Positions 36,775 to 46,356 of a stretch of 64,000 nt of DNA are shown here, one piece after another (the first letter of the stretch is position 1; every line of letters begins with the position of its first letter). Source of the DNA: Acidilobaceae archaeon. GTDB lineage: Archaea > Thermoproteota > Thermoprotei_A > Sulfolobales > Acidilobaceae. Below the pieces are notes generated by a model. The model made no database searches. It was not told the DNA's origin and was given only the letters and a program-made list of their open reading frames with translations. The DNA is taken from assembly GCA_027043945.1 (NCBI GenBank), contig JALUDS010000087.1:16424-80423 (forward strand). The letters run 5' to 3'. The position numbers were made by a program, and so were the translations under genes.

Positions 36775-37749
36775 ATGAAACAGGTTATAGCCAGTGCACC
36801 GGGCAAGATTATCCTTTTCGGCGAGCATTTTGTGGTGAGAGGAACGAGAAGCATAGCATCCGCCATATCTAGAAGAGTCTATGTATCGATAACGGAAACA
36901 GACTCGAGATATATCCGACTAATAAGTCCAGAGGCAGGCATCGACTCAGTCATCGATCCAGAAACCCTAGAGCCTGGAGACCCCATGCTCGCCCCGCTAG
37001 CATCGATGCTGGAGTATATTAGGGATACTCTAGGATACAGGATCATCCCCATTACTATCAGGGTGAAAAGCGAACTTCCTATTGGAGCCGGGTTGGGAAG
37101 TAGTGCGGCATTCTCGGCAGCTTTTGCGAAGGCATTCCTAACATTTATCGGAGAAGAGGATTCGCTCGAATTAGTCCGGAAAATAAGTATGGTTGGAGAG
37201 ACGAAAGCCCATGGAAAACCGAGCGGGATAGATACAGCTATGGCTATAGAAGGCGGGACAATAATATATAGGAGGGGAGAAAACCCGGTAAAGATCTCGC
37301 TTTCTCTACCCAAAGGGTATTCGCTTATTGTGGCCAATACAGGCGTAGAGCGGTCCACTAGAGAAGTTGTCGAATTTGTCTTGCGTAGAGCCGACAGAAC
37401 GTTCAGGGTATCTAGCATGCTTTATGAAGCAGCGGATAGCTTGATTGATCTAGCTCTTGGAGCGTTTGAGTCTGGTGACATGGAGTTGTTGGGAGAATTA
37501 ATGGATATGAACCAGGGATTATTGTACTCTATGGGTGCATCAAGCGATGTTATAGAGAGGCTTGTGTGGGCTGCCCGAAAGAATGGTGCGTTAGGGGCTA
37601 AGCTGACGGGTGCAGGTTGGGGAGGCAGTATAATTGTTTTAACAGATGAAGCATTAGCTCCCGCTGTCAAGAGTGTTCTAGTTAATGAGGGTGCTTTGGA
37701 CGTGTTTGAAGTGTCTTTGGGCGAGCCTGGAGTTCGTGTAGAGGAGTAG
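36775..37749 (+). CDS. mvk: mevalonate kinase
   Basis: APGKIILFGEHFVV, GHMP motif PIGAGLGSSAA, KLTGAGWGGS. Confidence 0.9.
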   Translation: MKQVIASAPGKIILFGEHFVVRGTRSIASAISRRVYVSITETDSRYIRLISPEAGIDSVIDPETLEPGDPMLAPLASMLEYIRDTLGYRIIPITIRVKSELPIGAGLGSSAAFSAAFAKAFLTFIGEEDSLELVRKISMVGETKAHGKPSGIDTAMAIEGGTIIYRRGENPVKISLSLPKGYSLIVANTGVERSTREVVEFVLRRADRTFRVSSMLYEAADSLIDLALGAFESGDMELLGELMDMNQGLLYSMGASSDVIERLVWAARKNGALGAKLTGAGWGGSIIVLTDEALAPAVKSVLVNEGALDVFEVSLGEPGVRVEE

Positions 37750-37884
37750 GATTATCTTATTGTCCCAGGCTTAAATTTTTCGAAACATTTATAAACTCTT
37801 GTTCCTCCATGACAGGCTAGGGGGATTTAAAGATAACGGTTGATAACACGAGGTTAACCCCTTATATATCCGAGGTGAATTCTT

Positions 37885-38808
37885 GTGGATGAGAATCAAG
37901 GAAACCAGAGATGTCCTCCAGACAAGATCGTATATGATCCGCAACTAGGAGTAAGAGTATGCCTAGAAACAGGAGAAGTACTAGAAGACCAAATCATAGG
38001 AGACGAAGCAGAGTGGAGAGCATATACACCCGACGAAAAATCGCGTAGAACGCGTGTGGGAAGTCCAATCTCGTTCTCCAAGCCAAACATGGGTATCGAC
38101 GTATACATGGGAGGATACCAGGAAGGAAGCAGAAAAATCAGAGGACTATCTAAACGCATCGAGAACATCAGGCTACAAAGAAGCTTCAGGATGGGTAGAG
38201 CCCTGAGCAGTCTAGAGAAGAACATAAACCAAGCCCTAAGACTAATAGACGACATATCGGCAAAACTAGAACTTCCCTTCGCAGTAAAAGAAGAAGCCGC
38301 CAGACTATATAGAGAAGCAGCAAGCAAAGGACTAACAAGAGGAAGAAGTATAGAAAGCATGGTAGCCGCAACACTATACGCGGCATGCAGAAAACACAAG
38401 TATCCCTGTACACTCGATGAAATAGCCAAGTTCCTAAAGATGAGAGATGCACCAGCGAAACGAGAAGTAGCCCGAAACTATAGGCTCTTAGTAAGAAACC
38501 TAGGAATAGAGATCCCTGTCATCGAGCCAGAAAGATTCGTATACAGGATAGCAAGCGCCCTAGACCTCCCAGACTATGTAGTAGTGGAAGCAATCAAAAT
38601 AGTCAACATGGCCAGAAAGAAAGGATTGACCGCAGGAAAAGACCCAAGCGGGCTAGCAGCAGCCGCAGTATACCTAGCGGCCCTCAAACATGGACTAAGA
38701 AAAACCCAGAAAGAAGTAGCACAAGTTGCCGGCGTAACGGAAGTAACCGTAAGAAATAGATACAAGGAAATAGACAAGGTCCTCGGACTGGGACGAATCG
38801 AGGACTAA
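37885..38808 (+). CDS. tfb: transcription initiation factor B (TFB)
   Basis: N-terminal ribbon region CPPDKIVYD...CLETGEV, B-finger/linker and two cyclin repeats (LTRGRSIESMVAATLYAACR, LTAGKDPSGLAAAAVYLA). GTG start with GAGGTGA and a TATA box (CTTATATATCC) upstream. Confidence 0.9.
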   Translation: MDENQGNQRCPPDKIVYDPQLGVRVCLETGEVLEDQIIGDEAEWRAYTPDEKSRRTRVGSPISFSKPNMGIDVYMGGYQEGSRKIRGLSKRIENIRLQRSFRMGRALSSLEKNINQALRLIDDISAKLELPFAVKEEAARLYREAASKGLTRGRSIESMVAATLYAACRKHKYPCTLDEIAKFLKMRDAPAKREVARNYRLLVRNLGIEIPVIEPERFVYRIASALDLPDYVVVEAIKIVNMARKKGLTAGKDPSGLAAAAVYLAALKHGLRKTQKEVAQVAGVTEVTVRNRYKEIDKVLGLGRIED

Positions 38809-38827
38809 CCAAGAGTTATACGAACTA

Positions 38828-38872
38828 CCCGATAATGGTTTATCATATTATCGGGTCATCGTAATCCTTTTT
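38828..38872 (+). terminator. hairpin plus T5 tract downstream of tfb
   Basis: CCCGATAAT (38828-38836) pairs perfectly with ATTATCGGG (38847-38855). TTTTT lies at 38868-38872. Confidence 0.35.
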
Positions 38873-39015
38873 CCTATCATGTAATTGAGACTCTGAGATA
38901 GCTGTATCTGGTCTTTTCCCTGATCTCTGGAAATGTAGAAAAGGATTAGAGTCTACTATCAGTGTAAGGATAAGGAAAATATAGTTGTTTGTAGTATTCC
39001 GTACTTCTAGGTATG

Positions 39016-40842
39016 TTACCTTAGTCCAACCTTGCTCTCCAGTACTGGTATTACGAAGTCAAGATGCAGCTTTTCTAAGGTCTCTTTCTTGGGTACACCT
39101 CTTCTATCCCAGCCTCTTAGGTCATAGTAGTGGTCTAGTAGTTCTTCGAATTTGTCCTTGTCAAGCTTGGCGCCGGCATATGGTCCCTTGGTTAGCGGCT
39201 GCTTGAACCATTTGACAGGTGGCTTGTCCATTTCTCTGCTCCAGTCTCCTAGCTCTCTTATCCAGAATGCTCTAACAAGTGCATAGATTCTATCAGCTAT
39301 ATCGTAGAGCTCTTCCCACGTGAAGGTTACGCCTGTGGCGTACTTTAGAAGTCTCGGATAGTATTCTAGGTTTAGACCGACTTCTACCCATGGGAGTCTG
39401 CACGCGACAAAGCTCTCGAAGAGTCCTCCTCTTAGTCTCTGAAGCTCTATGACTTTGGCAGCTTTCTCTCTTCCGTATCCGAACCTATCGGTCGCGACCT
39501 CCCAGCTTATTACCCAGGCTTCTTTATGGTGCGCACCTATGCTACTTGTGCTGAATGCTAGCGCCATTCCGGGTGCAGCGTGGCAGTCGTATGCTGATAC
39601 TTCAAGGCCCTTTACCTGCATGGTGTATTCGCATCCTCCTCCTGCTTCCTCGCATGCCCTCTTCGTGCCTTTTGCGAGTAGCTTGCCTAGCTCTGATTTC
39701 TTGAATACTATCTCGTCTATTAGTTCCTTGAACCTCTCATAGTCGCCCCATTCTAGCTTTTCGCTTAGTACTCCTTTCTGGCTTGCCTCGACTGCCCAGC
39801 CGATTGTGTTACCAAGGCTGATCGTGTCTACTCCGTATTTGTCGGCTAGCCTGTTTAGTACGCTTACCTTTGCTAAGTCGTCTAGTCCTATGTTGCTACC
39901 TAGCATAGCTACATTCTCGTAATCCAGCTCGCTAGGCATTCCTTCGGCGTCCTTTACAACGTTTCCACATGGCATATTACAGAATGGGCATCCTCTCTGG
40001 TCGATCTTCATTTCCTCGAGACGGTATCCGTTTATGTTCTTATATCCATCGAATACTCCTTCGCTGAAGTTATATGTTGGGAGAACGCTGGCTTCCTGTG
40101 CCCAGTCAATAGTCATCATTGTTCCCTGACGCATCCAGAACGAGTACATTTTTGCCTTGACTATTTCGACGTATGCCTTTGAGCCTTCTCTCCTGAGCTG
40201 TTTGGGATCATGCACAGGAATCTCTTTGGTTCCCTTGACGACAAATGCTTTTAGCTTCTTGGATCCCATTACTGCTCCGATTCCAGGTCGTCCTCCACTT
40301 CTGCCTTCCTGGCTCATTACTGTAGCGTAGAGGACTTGGTTCTCACCTGCAGGACCTATTTCTAATATGCCTAGGTTCTTGCCATATTCTTCTTTGAGTT
40401 TTCTCTCGGTCTCCCAGGTATCTTGTCCCCATAGATCGTCTGCATCCCTGAACTCTACTTTATCATTCTCGACATATACTACGACAGGTTTCTCTGACAC
40501 GCCCTGGAATACTACTGCGTCGTAGCCTGCCTTACGTATATGGTAGCTGGCCCAGGATCCAATGTTTCCATCTCCATATCCTCCTGTTAATGGGCTTTTC
40601 GCGGCGACTACGAGTTTACCGCTACTAGGCACGGTTAGGCCAGTGAGTGGTCCTACAGCGAATATTAGGAGGTTGTCTGGACCCAGCGGGTCTGCTCCTG
40701 GAGGCATGTATTCCCAGAGGAGTCTTATTGCGAGTCCTCTTCCTCCAAGGTATTCTTTTGCCCATCCTTGAGGATACTTTACTACCTTACTTTCTCTTCT
40801 AGATAAGTCTATCCAGAGAATTTTGCCGTTCCAGCCCTTCAA
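39016..40842 (-). CDS. aor: aldehyde:ferredoxin oxidoreductase family (tungstopterin enzyme)
   Basis: N-terminal GKILWIDLS...LGGRGL pattern and 608 aa with AOR-family segments throughout (GPLTG, SPLTGG, GRSGGRPG, C-x2-C...C cluster region). Confidence 0.9.
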   Translation of the reverse strand: MKGWNGKILWIDLSRRESKVVKYPQGWAKEYLGGRGLAIRLLWEYMPPGADPLGPDNLLIFAVGPLTGLTVPSSGKLVVAAKSPLTGGYGDGNIGSWASYHIRKAGYDAVVFQGVSEKPVVVYVENDKVEFRDADDLWGQDTWETERKLKEEYGKNLGILEIGPAGENQVLYATVMSQEGRSGGRPGIGAVMGSKKLKAFVVKGTKEIPVHDPKQLRREGSKAYVEIVKAKMYSFWMRQGTMMTIDWAQEASVLPTYNFSEGVFDGYKNINGYRLEEMKIDQRGCPFCNMPCGNVVKDAEGMPSELDYENVAMLGSNIGLDDLAKVSVLNRLADKYGVDTISLGNTIGWAVEASQKGVLSEKLEWGDYERFKELIDEIVFKKSELGKLLAKGTKRACEEAGGGCEYTMQVKGLEVSAYDCHAAPGMALAFSTSSIGAHHKEAWVISWEVATDRFGYGREKAAKVIELQRLRGGLFESFVACRLPWVEVGLNLEYYPRLLKYATGVTFTWEELYDIADRIYALVRAFWIRELGDWSREMDKPPVKWFKQPLTKGPYAGAKLDKDKFEELLDHYYDLRGWDRRGVPKKETLEKLHLDFVIPVLESKVGLR

Positions 40843-40994
40843 GATCCTTCACCTTTAATTTATTTCATTTTTGTAAATAATTTGTCGCCGGATTATCTAT
40901 GTGGATGCGGGGAAATAAAACGCTTTATTTGAGAATCAATATATTTAACGGTAATAACGTTGGGATAATCCTTAACAAAAATGGTAGGTGGATC

Positions 40995-41243
40995 ATGGGA
41001 AGCGAAGAATGTGGTCGTGTGATCATAAAGTTCCTAGGATATTTATCAGAAGTAATGGGATCCCAAATAGAAAAAGAAGTCTGCGGGGAGGTAGAATTAC
41101 GGGAGCTCATCGACGAAGACAGAATTGGTACTAGCCTTAATGATCTCGTCATATTAGTGAATGGCGTCGCGAAACGACCAGAGACTAAGGTGAAAGCCGG
41201 AGATACGGTTACTGTGATGCCTCACATTAGTGGTGGGATCTAA
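40995..41243 (+). CDS. MoaD/ThiS-family beta-grasp sulfur-carrier-like protein ending GG-I
   Basis: 82 aa. KFLGYLSEV...VNG...VKAGDTVTVMPHISGGI. AGGTGG lies upstream of ATG 40995. Divergent from aor. Confidence 0.65.
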   Translation: MGSEECGRVIIKFLGYLSEVMGSQIEKEVCGEVELRELIDEDRIGTSLNDLVILVNGVAKRPETKVKAGDTVTVMPHISGGI

Positions 41244-42258
41244 TACGTTCCAATATTTTCTGGTAACATTCCTTGTGTATTTCAGGGAGGTTGCGCAGGT
41301 AGTCGGTATTCGCTTCTTTTAGATAGAAGTATCCTTCTATCTTGACATTCGGCGAATACTCTTTTATTATTGATATTAGCTCGGCCGCTATGATTCCGTC
41401 TATTTTTAGCCAGATAAGACCTAGGTTCCTGTTCTTGTGAGTTGCTAGCATTCCCGAGTAGACGCCTAGGAGGACTGGTGCAGCATATACTGTTCTTTGA
41501 GGATCTCCGCCATTAACCGATAATATAATATTGGTTGTCGTATAGTAGGGTGCTTTCTCTATAGTGTATCCCATTATGCTCCGACGCTCCCACATAGTAT
41601 AGAATTTTCTCTGCATCTTCGGCACGTTGAAACCTAGCTTTCTGGCGAGTCCCGATATACTCTCTATACCTATGTGTCCTTTAGCGTATACTAGTAGGGC
41701 CATGATCTCTGGGTCGAATGGATAGTGTCTTCCAAAGAAATAGCGCGGCACTCCTCTAGCCAGTTGGTCTACGTATAGTTTCTCCATTCTCTCACGAAGT
41801 TCACGAGGCAGGGGCTCGTCCAGATTAAGGTTGAGTATTCCAAGAGACGCTAGGGCATGTCTTGCCCCCCATTCGGCGTCTACTCTATAGATCTCAGCGT
41901 CCGGATACTCTTCTTCAAGGATCATCTGACATCTAACAGGCAGATATAGATCATATATGACTGATCCCTCAAGTGTTAAATACTTAGCATAGAACCTTGG
42001 CTCTTTTTCCGGTTCTTCATCGAACTTGAGGAGGAATCTAGCAGCACCTAGTCTAGCATAGTTTATGCTTATGCCAAGTGCGAATCCTAGCTTATAGGCT
42101 CTGTTCAGTAACTTGTATACGCTTCTCTCGTTAACCTTAATTCTTCTTGCATATGCTCTGAAAGCGTTAGGCGGTTTAGAAGTCTCAGTCGAATACCTTG
42201 TCAGCTGCTCTAGGAGGTTCGCTATTGTGTATGTTATTTCTAGTTTTTTACAGGTCAT
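41227..42258 (-). CDS. hypothetical protein with two Lrp/AsnC-like HTH-plus-effector modules (putative regulator)
   Basis: Internal duplication seen by eye: SVYKLLNRAYKLGFALGISINYARLG... and SISGLARKLGFNVPKMQRKFYTMWERRSIMGYTI..., each followed by a beta-rich segment. The function call is weak. Confidence 0.35.
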   Translation of the reverse strand: MTCKKLEITYTIANLLEQLTRYSTETSKPPNAFRAYARRIKVNERSVYKLLNRAYKLGFALGISINYARLGAARFLLKFDEEPEKEPRFYAKYLTLEGSVIYDLYLPVRCQMILEEEYPDAEIYRVDAEWGARHALASLGILNLNLDEPLPRELRERMEKLYVDQLARGVPRYFFGRHYPFDPEIMALLVYAKGHIGIESISGLARKLGFNVPKMQRKFYTMWERRSIMGYTIEKAPYYTTTNIILSVNGGDPQRTVYAAPVLLGVYSGMLATHKNRNLGLIWLKIDGIIAAELISIIKEYSPNVKIEGYFYLKEANTDYLRNLPEIHKECYQKILERIRSHH

Positions 42259-42356
42259 CGGTAATACACCTAAATTTATATATATAGTTGTTAAAAGTTA
42301 TTATAGATAACGACCTTGGCCTAGGTCAAAGCCATCACAACAACGAAAACTGTAAA

Positions 42357-43925
42357 CTATATTAGCTTTACATCGAGGACCTCGCCAAGCAAACTCCTAG
42401 AGCTGTGAACACGAGTAATCTTGACCCCCGGAATATACGACAATAACGGATAATTACCTCTCACAACAACAGTCAAAGGATACGAGCCCGGCTGCCTTGC
42501 ATAACAATAACCGTCAGAACAAGACTCGACCCAAAGACCCCTAAGAATAATACCACTAGGTGCCACAAGTTTAAGCATCTCTCTTTCAAACACATTCCTG
42601 ACAAAGTAAACAAAAGAACGAGCATGTTTCTCCAATCTATTCCTAACACCATGCTTCATCCTAAACACTCGTGTAGATGGAAGAGGAAGAAGCCTCCTAA
42701 CATTAACTCTCCTAACAAGCAGTTTTTCCTCGAGTATACGCTCTAGCACATGTCTATTCATTTCATAAGTCTTTCGGGTTTCACCGGGAAGACCTAATAT
42801 GAAATTAAGACCTGGAAGGAGATGAGGCAATCCATTATCTCCCCGGACTCTACCGACTCGATTAATTATCCTAACGGCCTCAATAACAGTGTCCCCATCT
42901 ACATTCAAGTTGTTTAGACTAGCAACTCGTGGATCTGCAGACTCGAGCCCAAAAGCAGCGACATCTCCCGGAGTATGATAACTAACTATGATTTTCAATG
43001 CCTCGATAGATGCCTCGACATGTCGAACAATTGTTCCAGGATTCACATTATCAATGTGTAGGGTTTCGAGTCTAGGAGCTACCTTTCTAATGCCGTAGAA
43101 GAGTTTTTCCAACTCTCTGGGATTTGGTCTAGGCCATTCGCTAGAGCCGAGTTCCTCACTTCCATATACAAGGATATCTGCCTGTCTACCGAGTCGGAAA
43201 TTCCTCGCTCCCATGTTATAGAGAGCTTCAACTTCCGACACGATACCAGAACTATCCCTAGATATAGGCCGGCCACGAAGAGGTTCAACACAGAAACTGC
43301 ATCCACCAGTGATCCACCGAGCACACCCCCTATAGGTTTCGATCTCTATAACAAGGTTCCGACCATAGTTAGGATGTTGCCGTATGATAGGCGCCCCCTT
43401 AACAGACACCTTATCGACAAAATCATAGTTTTCTCTAATACGCCAGGGCTCTGCTCGTTCCTCGCCATGAATGAGCAGGTTATAGATGTATTCTTCGGGA
43501 TCACCAGTAACTAGAACATCTGCACCTGCACGTAGAAAGCTCCGAGGCGGATAAGCCGGTCTACCTCCAGCCCATCCCAAGCCCCATCTAGCAGCAGGAC
43601 CTACAAGTACCTTGAAGGGTCTACGCAGAGTTCTTAGAAGGAACATGAGCTCGTTCGGTTCAAGTGGTTTACCTCCTAGATATCTACCTGGTACTACAAC
43701 ACCGGCAATAATTATGACTAAATCATAGTTGTTTAACCGCCTTGTATATGATTTAAGGTCTCGTCTAATCGTATCTATCGTATAGTAATGAACAGGTATA
43801 CTCTTATCAACTAGCCATATGCTTCCAGCAATATATCTTGTATACACGTCCAAGTATGGAGGAACACCTAGACCTCCAGGCTCATCTGTATAGCCGTCGA
43901 TTATTGCTACTCTTCTGAATCTCAT
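42357..43925 (-). CDS. radical SAM protein with N-terminal B12-binding-like/Rossmann domain (UPF0313/MJ0865-like)
   Basis: IETYRGCARWITGGCSFCVEP cluster motif, downstream GLESADP and GLPGET radical-SAM core motifs. 522 aa. Confidence 0.8.
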   Translation of the reverse strand: MRFRRVAIIDGYTDEPGGLGVPPYLDVYTRYIAGSIWLVDKSIPVHYYTIDTIRRDLKSYTRRLNNYDLVIIIAGVVVPGRYLGGKPLEPNELMFLLRTLRRPFKVLVGPAARWGLGWAGGRPAYPPRSFLRAGADVLVTGDPEEYIYNLLIHGEERAEPWRIRENYDFVDKVSVKGAPIIRQHPNYGRNLVIEIETYRGCARWITGGCSFCVEPLRGRPISRDSSGIVSEVEALYNMGARNFRLGRQADILVYGSEELGSSEWPRPNPRELEKLFYGIRKVAPRLETLHIDNVNPGTIVRHVEASIEALKIIVSYHTPGDVAAFGLESADPRVASLNNLNVDGDTVIEAVRIINRVGRVRGDNGLPHLLPGLNFILGLPGETRKTYEMNRHVLERILEEKLLVRRVNVRRLLPLPSTRVFRMKHGVRNRLEKHARSFVYFVRNVFEREMLKLVAPSGIILRGLWVESCSDGYCYARQPGSYPLTVVVRGNYPLLSYIPGVKITRVHSSRSLLGEVLDVKLI

Positions 43926-44211
43926 ATCGGGCTGACCACTCCTCCAGGCTTACTATATTGCATATCAAGATATAGACTTCTGAAGCATAAATAACAATCT
44001 ATGGGGTAGGCCCGCGAGGCCCTCGATTAATCCCTGCGAGGGTGGCTGTGAACGGGCCTCTCCCGGCCTAACAATACACACTACTAGATAATCTTAGGAA
44101 AGAATTTTCCAGCTTCTCCACAGACTAGAAGCAGCTAAGACTACTCGCTTAATCTAGGGATTTAATTAAATATGGGAATATGTGGCTAGACTATGTTTCG
44201 GAGATGAAATA

Positions 44212-45309
44212 ATGGTAGAGTACAAAATCAGGGCGGTGACACTCCTCATAAAAACACACGAGGACCCTCTCAAGGTCATAGAACAATACGCGGCGAAAGC
44301 CCTGGAGGCGTCAGACAAGGCCTCTGAGGAAACAGGGTATCCAGTAGAAACGACGCGCATAGTGGTTGAAGGACTCGGAATAGAAGAATGGGCTGAGAAG
44401 GCATTACGGGTTTCCGAACTAGTAGACAACTATCACATACTCGTATCAATGGGGGCTGTTAGTCTAGAAGAAGCATACTCTAAATTCGAAAAATACACGC
44501 ATATAGTCGAGAACAATATCTTCTCAAACATTATAATGCCAAAGGATCTTTCCCGTGAGTATGCAATAAAAGCGTCTGAGATTATTCATAAGCTAGCAGA
44601 CAAAGATCCAAGCCTCGCGACGAGATTAGGCATAAACGTGTATGGCAAGCCACTAACCACCCCGTACTATCCCCTCGCATCTCCTGGAGCCAACAAGATG
44701 GGGTTTGCAGTAGCACTAACCTATCCCAACTACCTCTCATCCTGCTACAGGAAGAACGGTCTAGAAGGCCTAGAAAACTGTGTCATAGAAGCCTATAATG
44801 TCGCCGAGAAAGCAGGTAAAATAGCCTCATCACAGCTAGAAGCGGAATTCCTCGGCGTGGACCTAAGTGTTGCACCATGGATGCAGGAGACAAGTCTCGG
44901 CCTAGTAGAACTTGTAGCCGGGGTCAGAATGCCGGAGCCAGGATTCCTAGTGGGGATACATAAGGTAAACAGTGTTCTTCAAAAAGTCGCATCAATGAAA
45001 AAGACAGTAGGCTATAACGAGGTACAGCTACCAGTTGCGGAGGATCTAAAGCTCAAGGCACGTGTCTCTGAGCTAGAAACCACGGCGAGAGACCTGGCAC
45101 GGTTCTCATGTGTATGCTTAGCAGGCTTAGATCTCGCAGTTGTACCAGCCAGTGTATATGGAGTAGCAGGTCTAATACTTGACACGGCGGTATGTAGCAG
45201 GGTCAAGAATAGGCCTCTCGGAGTAAGAATAGTGCCTGTCGAGGACGTTGAGCCGGGAGACAAGGTATGGCTCGATAAGTTCGGTGAGACACCAGTCATA
45301 TCATTATAG
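44212..45309 (+). CDS. UPF0210/DUF711-family protein
   Basis: N-terminal KIRAVTL motif and overall length and pattern of the DUF711 family. Start taken at MVEYKIR. Confidence 0.65.
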   Translation: MVEYKIRAVTLLIKTHEDPLKVIEQYAAKALEASDKASEETGYPVETTRIVVEGLGIEEWAEKALRVSELVDNYHILVSMGAVSLEEAYSKFEKYTHIVENNIFSNIIMPKDLSREYAIKASEIIHKLADKDPSLATRLGINVYGKPLTTPYYPLASPGANKMGFAVALTYPNYLSSCYRKNGLEGLENCVIEAYNVAEKAGKIASSQLEAEFLGVDLSVAPWMQETSLGLVELVAGVRMPEPGFLVGIHKVNSVLQKVASMKKTVGYNEVQLPVAEDLKLKARVSELETTARDLARFSCVCLAGLDLAVVPASVYGVAGLILDTAVCSRVKNRPLGVRIVPVEDVEPGDKVWLDKFGETPVISL

Positions 45310-45325
45310 ACCAATGCCCCGGATC

Positions 45326-45946
45326 CTATATGGATCGACAATCTACTTTTTCCAATACACATGTCCAGAAAGCCTCAAGCCTCTTCTTGTATTCTTCAAG
45401 AATATCGCACAGTTTATGAATAATTCTACAATCACGGGAGAACACATGGGTTTTATCATATGCGGCGACCTCGACCAAGTACCCACCGCTTCTATGTTCT
45501 CTATAGCAGGATCGCTTAAACCCGGCGGCCTTTCCACACTTTACTATCTGCTCTGCTAGGCCACGTGTTCTTGCGACGATGTGGAGAATAGGTGGTTGAA
45601 GACTGAGCCATGAGATGTCATTCTCATTGACGGAATCTAGAGCCGAGCATATCTCAGATCTGCACTTTGAAGGATCATGCCATACATGCAGGAGACTCGC
45701 ACCTTTCTTGTCGAGTAGATCGTCGCCCTTTATCAGTGCAACTCGACCGCTACAGCTACTCGTGGTAAACAGACATTCCCTTTTATTTAATCGTTTAAGT
45801 AATTCGATTATGTCACTGTCAACTAGTCCTTTTTCCAAGTGGCTCTTGAAACGGTTTAGTGCTGAAGATCTAGAGTTTTTCCAGGTGGAATCATGACTAT
45901 TATTTTTTGCCCCACCTGTGCTTGAAGAGGCGTCTTGCGTCATCAA
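45326..45946 (-). CDS. taw3: tRNA wyosine-derivative methyltransferase Taw3/TYW3
   Basis: Diagnostic FTTSSCSGRV motif and LLHVWHDP segment. The start overlaps the upstream gene by 47 nt. Confidence 0.75.
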   Translation of the reverse strand: MMTQDASSSTGGAKNNSHDSTWKNSRSSALNRFKSHLEKGLVDSDIIELLKRLNKRECLFTTSSCSGRVALIKGDDLLDKKGASLLHVWHDPSKCRSEICSALDSVNENDISWLSLQPPILHIVARTRGLAEQIVKCGKAAGFKRSCYREHRSGGYLVEVAAYDKTHVFSRDCRIIHKLCDILEEYKKRLEAFWTCVLEKVDCRSI

Positions 45947-46340
45947 TGTTTCCTCCCAGCTCGAATATTACTAGTTCGAGGAACGGTCTGACGCGTCCAT
46001 CAATTAGGTGGCCTCCTACAACAAGGTCAGGTTTCTTTGCAAGTGTTACGTGTAGGTGGGTATAGTATGCGCCGTCGGGCCCGAGAATACTGTTTCCTTT
46101 AACTGATAGCGCCTCGAGGACTCTGCCGGGCTCTGCTTCGACGTCAACTGAATAGTACTTGTTTTCCTCCGGGCTGAATACTGCGATCCTGGCCCAGTGG
46201 AAGGCCCCTATACCAGCGATATATGCGAATGATATTCCGTTATCCGCTAGAAAACTTTCTATTGCTTGGTGGGGACTGGTGCCTTCTTTGATCTTCACGA
46301 AAAATACTCGTCCTTGTTGCGCTGGGAACATCTCGTACAT
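45900..46340 (-). CDS. PPC/DUF296-domain protein
   Basis: 146-aa beta-rich protein. GRVFFVKIKEG...IAGIGAF...HLHVTLA pattern matches the PPC (AT-hook-associated) domain fold family. Confidence 0.6.
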   Translation of the reverse strand: MYEMFPAQQGRVFFVKIKEGTSPHQAIESFLADNGISFAYIAGIGAFHWARIAVFSPEENKYYSVDVEAEPGRVLEALSVKGNSILGPDGAYYTHLHVTLAKKPDLVVGGHLIDGRVRPFLELVIFELGGNIDDARRLFKHRWGKK

Positions 46341-46356
46341 CTGTCAGCACCCATTA

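Noticed and set aside
37885-37990. The TFB zinc ribbon has only two Cys (CPPDK...CLETGEV) instead of four.
   Set aside because: As far as I recall, the same degenerate ribbon occurs in Sulfolobus TFB1, so this is a lineage trait rather than a novelty.
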